Made by a program: the position numbers and the translations under genes
IMG/VR virus record: IMGVR_UViG_3300026512_000013
Location: 1 to 62,174 of that record
DNA from: a virus
Lineage: Duplodnaviria > Caudoviricetes
Strand: one strand, 5' to 3'
DNA length: 62,174 nt
Notes under the pieces: model-generated
What the model was told of the DNA's origin: nothing
The model's database searches: none
The model's input: the letters and a program-made list of their open reading frames with translations, nothing else
In this document: positions 59,873 through 62,174 of the stretch, in pieces
How the letters are laid out: each line of letters starts with the position of its first letter
Position numbering within the stretch: the first letter of the stretch is position 1

Positions 59873-60820
59873 CTATTTACTATTTATTATCTCTAATAAA
59901 GCTTCATATACATTATTAGCTAAAGCAACACTTTCAGCTCTTGTAATAGTATTATTAGGCTTAAAACTTCCATCTGGATAACCATTAACTAAACCTCTTT
60001 GTACAGCTTTTTCAACTTCTTCTTCAATCCAACTATTTTTCTCAATATCAGTAAAAATTTTAACTTCCTCCTTAGTTTTCTCTGGGATACTATCCATAAC
60101 TCCCCAACTTTCCATAATAGGATAATCATAAGCTAAAGTAGCTCTGCCATCAATGCCCCATTCTTCTCCCCAACTATTTTGAAATATAAATCCATTATTA
60201 TCCCAACCAACTAATAATATCATATGTCCGCCATATTTTTTAACCCCACCATTATGAGCAATATTATTCTCTAAATGATAAAATTTCTCAGTGACCATGA
60301 CTCCAATTGGAACAGGTCTATTTTCTAATAATACTCTTTTAATTTCGTCTATAGTATATAATCTAACATAAGACTTAATAACTTGTTCTTTAGCTTGAGT
60401 ATAAATACTAACTTGTTCATCAGAATTTAATTTATCAAATTCACTTTTGATATAATCATAATCACCTAAATGATTAAATAACTCTAAATTAGGAGTGCCT
60501 CCGCCTTTTAACACTTGTAAAGCTTTTCTAGGTATCATACCCTCTCCGCCTGATATATGTCCTAACATAAAAATATAAGCTGGTGAATATAATTGATATT
60601 TACCTCTTTCAATAAACTCTTGATACTCTTTCATTTTAGCTAATGTAAAAGCTACACACATTCCTGTAGCACCTTGATTACCAACTTTAGGTAAATTAGG
60701 TATAATATACTCTTTAGGTAACTCTATATCGTCTAATTGATATTGAGCTAAACAATAGTCTCTCTTATCATACTCAGATTTACTGTAACCTAATGGTAAT
60801 ACTTTGTTTAATTCTTCCAT
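59873..60820 (-). CDS. papain-like (C1) cysteine peptidase with C-terminal SLH domain
   Basis: QG..GMCVAF, GGH, QNSWG; F.DI...W...GLVNGYPDGSFKPN..ITRAE. Confidence 0.85.
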   Translation of the reverse strand: MEELNKVLPLGYSKSEYDKRDYCLAQYQLDDIELPKEYIIPNLPKVGNQGATGMCVAFTLAKMKEYQEFIERGKYQLYSPAYIFMLGHISGGEGMIPRKALQVLKGGGTPNLELFNHLGDYDYIKSEFDKLNSDEQVSIYTQAKEQVIKSYVRLYTIDEIKRVLLENRPVPIGVMVTEKFYHLENNIAHNGGVKKYGGHMILLVGWDNNGFIFQNSWGEEWGIDGRATLAYDYPIMESWGVMDSIPEKTKEEVKIFTDIEKNSWIEEEVEKAVQRGLVNGYPDGSFKPNNTITRAESVALANNVYEALLEIINSK

Positions 60821-61063
60821 ATTTTTTCTCCTTTCTATTTAAATATACTTTTAGTACACCTTTTTAGTATACTTTTAATTTTAATTGTAATTGTAATTTT
60901 AATTGTATGTAACACTATACTTATATTAATAATAATGAGTATAGTAATACAAATATACCTCTTGTATAAAACACTCGCTATATAAGTATATCATACTTTG
61001 GCTAAATTGTCAAGGTATATCTGTATTTATTTTTAGTAATTTTTGTTAATAATTTAATAATTA

Positions 61064-61172
61064 ATATGGCGTAATATAAGGCTCATACAGAGCTTTTAAT
61101 AGTTAGACAACAATTAGTATACCTAACCCATTAAAAGCTCACCACACTCAATTTTCGAGCTTGTAGCACTAT
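61064..61172. repeat. ~110-bp periodic quasi-palindrome
   Basis: colinear with 16366 copy: atatggc..aatataa.gct.atacagagcttttaata...tagcactat. Confidence 0.75.
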
Positions 61173-61203
61173 TATGAGATATTTATAGTATCTAAATTAA
61201 ATG

Positions 61204-61611
61204 TTATTTTATACTTTGATATATATAGCCAAGTATACTTCCATATACCATTAAATCTATCATTTTAGTCACAAGTAATTCTTTAATATCTAATTTTTTA
61301 CTCGACATTGCTACACCTAATGCTTTTATTATTTCTTTAGTATTTTCTTGACTACGAGTCTCTTGTTCATTAATACGAATACTTATTAAATCATTTTGTA
61401 CTTTTAATTGGTCTTTAATATTATTCATATCTAATTGTATATTAGATAATAATACATGAGTTTTTTGTACCTCTTTCATATCTTCTTTTAATTCATCAGT
61501 AACATTCCAATTAGATTTAATACTCTCATTAATTTTAATTAAATCATTTTTATTGTCAGCTATACTCTGTACTATCCCATCATATTTCTCACATACCATA
61601 TTACACCTCAC
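61204..61611 (-). CDS. coiled-coil protein with C-terminal TM (XhlA/holin-like)
   Basis: heptad pattern plus hydrophobic C-terminus, upstream of lysis enzymes. Confidence 0.6.
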   Translation of the reverse strand: MRCNMVCEKYDGIVQSIADNKNDLIKINESIKSNWNVTDELKEDMKEVQKTHVLLSNIQLDMNNIKDQLKVQNDLISIRINEQETRSQENTKEIIKALGVAMSSKKLDIKELLVTKMIDLMVYGSILGYIYQSIK

Positions 61612-61618
61612 TTTTATT

Positions 61619-61858
61619 CTAATTCAATATTATTTTCTGGTATATTACTTTATCAAATATAATATACCATTTAACTGTATATTTTTCACCATTATTCAAT
61701 TGGGTTTCATTTGTATCAACTATATTTTCCATAATTCTGAGTTGATTATCAACTGCTATTACATCACATGAGTTAACTCTAAATGAAAATGCACTTATTA
61801 ACATTATAGATATAATTAATATTAATAATATTGTTTGATATTCTTTAAGTTTATGCAT
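61619..61858 (-). CDS. small secreted/membrane protein
   Basis: N-terminal hydrophobic segment. Confidence 0.6.
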   Translation of the reverse strand: MHKLKEYQTILLILIISIMLISAFSFRVNSCDVIAVDNQLRIMENIVDTNETQLNNGEKYTVKWYIIFDKVIYQKIILN

Positions 61859-61860
61859 AA

Positions 61861-62136
61861 TTACAACCCTAATAATTCTTTTAATTCTGCTTGTTCAGTT
61901 GTGCAGTCCATATCTAAAAGTTTTTTATTCGATATTAATTCTTTTAATTCTGCTATTCTTATAGGTTTATTTCGTTCTGCCAATTCTTCTTCTGTTGGAA
62001 TATAATCTGAAAAAGTACCGTCTTTATTCATAACTTGTCCTAACTTGCCTATATCGGATTGAATTTCACCTTTAACAATTGATTTTCCTTGTCTAGTTGC
62101 TATTACTTTGTTATTTTTTAATGTAATAAATCTCAT
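61861..62136 (-). CDS. small tail-associated hypothetical protein
   Basis: 91 aa, RBS AAGGTGG, typical of genes following tail fibres. Confidence 0.6.
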   Translation of the reverse strand: MRFITLKNNKVIATRQGKSIVKGEIQSDIGKLGQVMNKDGTFSDYIPTEEELAERNKPIRIAELKELISNKKLLDMDCTTEQAELKELLGL

Positions 62137-62174
62137 ATTGCCACCTTTCTAATTAAATTCTAACACATACCATC

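Noticed and set aside
10735-61771. All plus-strand ORFs in the track (e.g. 10735, 22298, 27674, 28010, 29713, 37350, 42755, 48715, 51585, 58268, 61553)
   Set aside because: Antisense shadows of well-supported minus-strand genes, without RBS or motifs

Overview
Very AT-rich 62-kb segment of a large tailed phage (or prophage) of an anaerobic low-GC Firmicute; host is inferred from sigma-A promoters, an SLH domain, a class III RNR and an Amidase_2 endolysin. Every credible gene is on the minus strand. From right to left: lysis and virion-accessory genes interleaved with free-standing endonucleases (51.5-62 kb); tyrosine recombinase, Ntn-hydrolase and an SPbeta-like replication module (SSB-like, AAA ATPase, helicase, primase, RecJ, DnaE, intein-containing RecD2, RecU, ligase; 29-51 kb); nucleotide metabolism, two methyltransferases and YopX genes (10-29 kb); and an early/anti-defence region of small acidic genes with ArdA (0.4-9.4 kb). 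The most unusual content is non-coding. (i) Two related gene-free blocks (about 2.0-3.3 kb and 9.45-10.05 kb) are collages of host regulator sites: 9 Fur-like boxes, about 15 DnaA-like boxes, LexA boxes and TACAnnTGTA boxes. They hold the only clear plus-strand promoters I found. (ii) A candidate sRNA has a hairpin loop antisense to the RBS shared by the early genes. (iii) A prfB-type CTT-TGA-C +1 frameshift site lies inside the RecJ catalytic motif. (iv) A family of about 110-bp periodic quasi-palindromes recurs roughly every 15 kb and resembles strong gyrase sites. All calls are by eye from sequence motifs; no searches were run.
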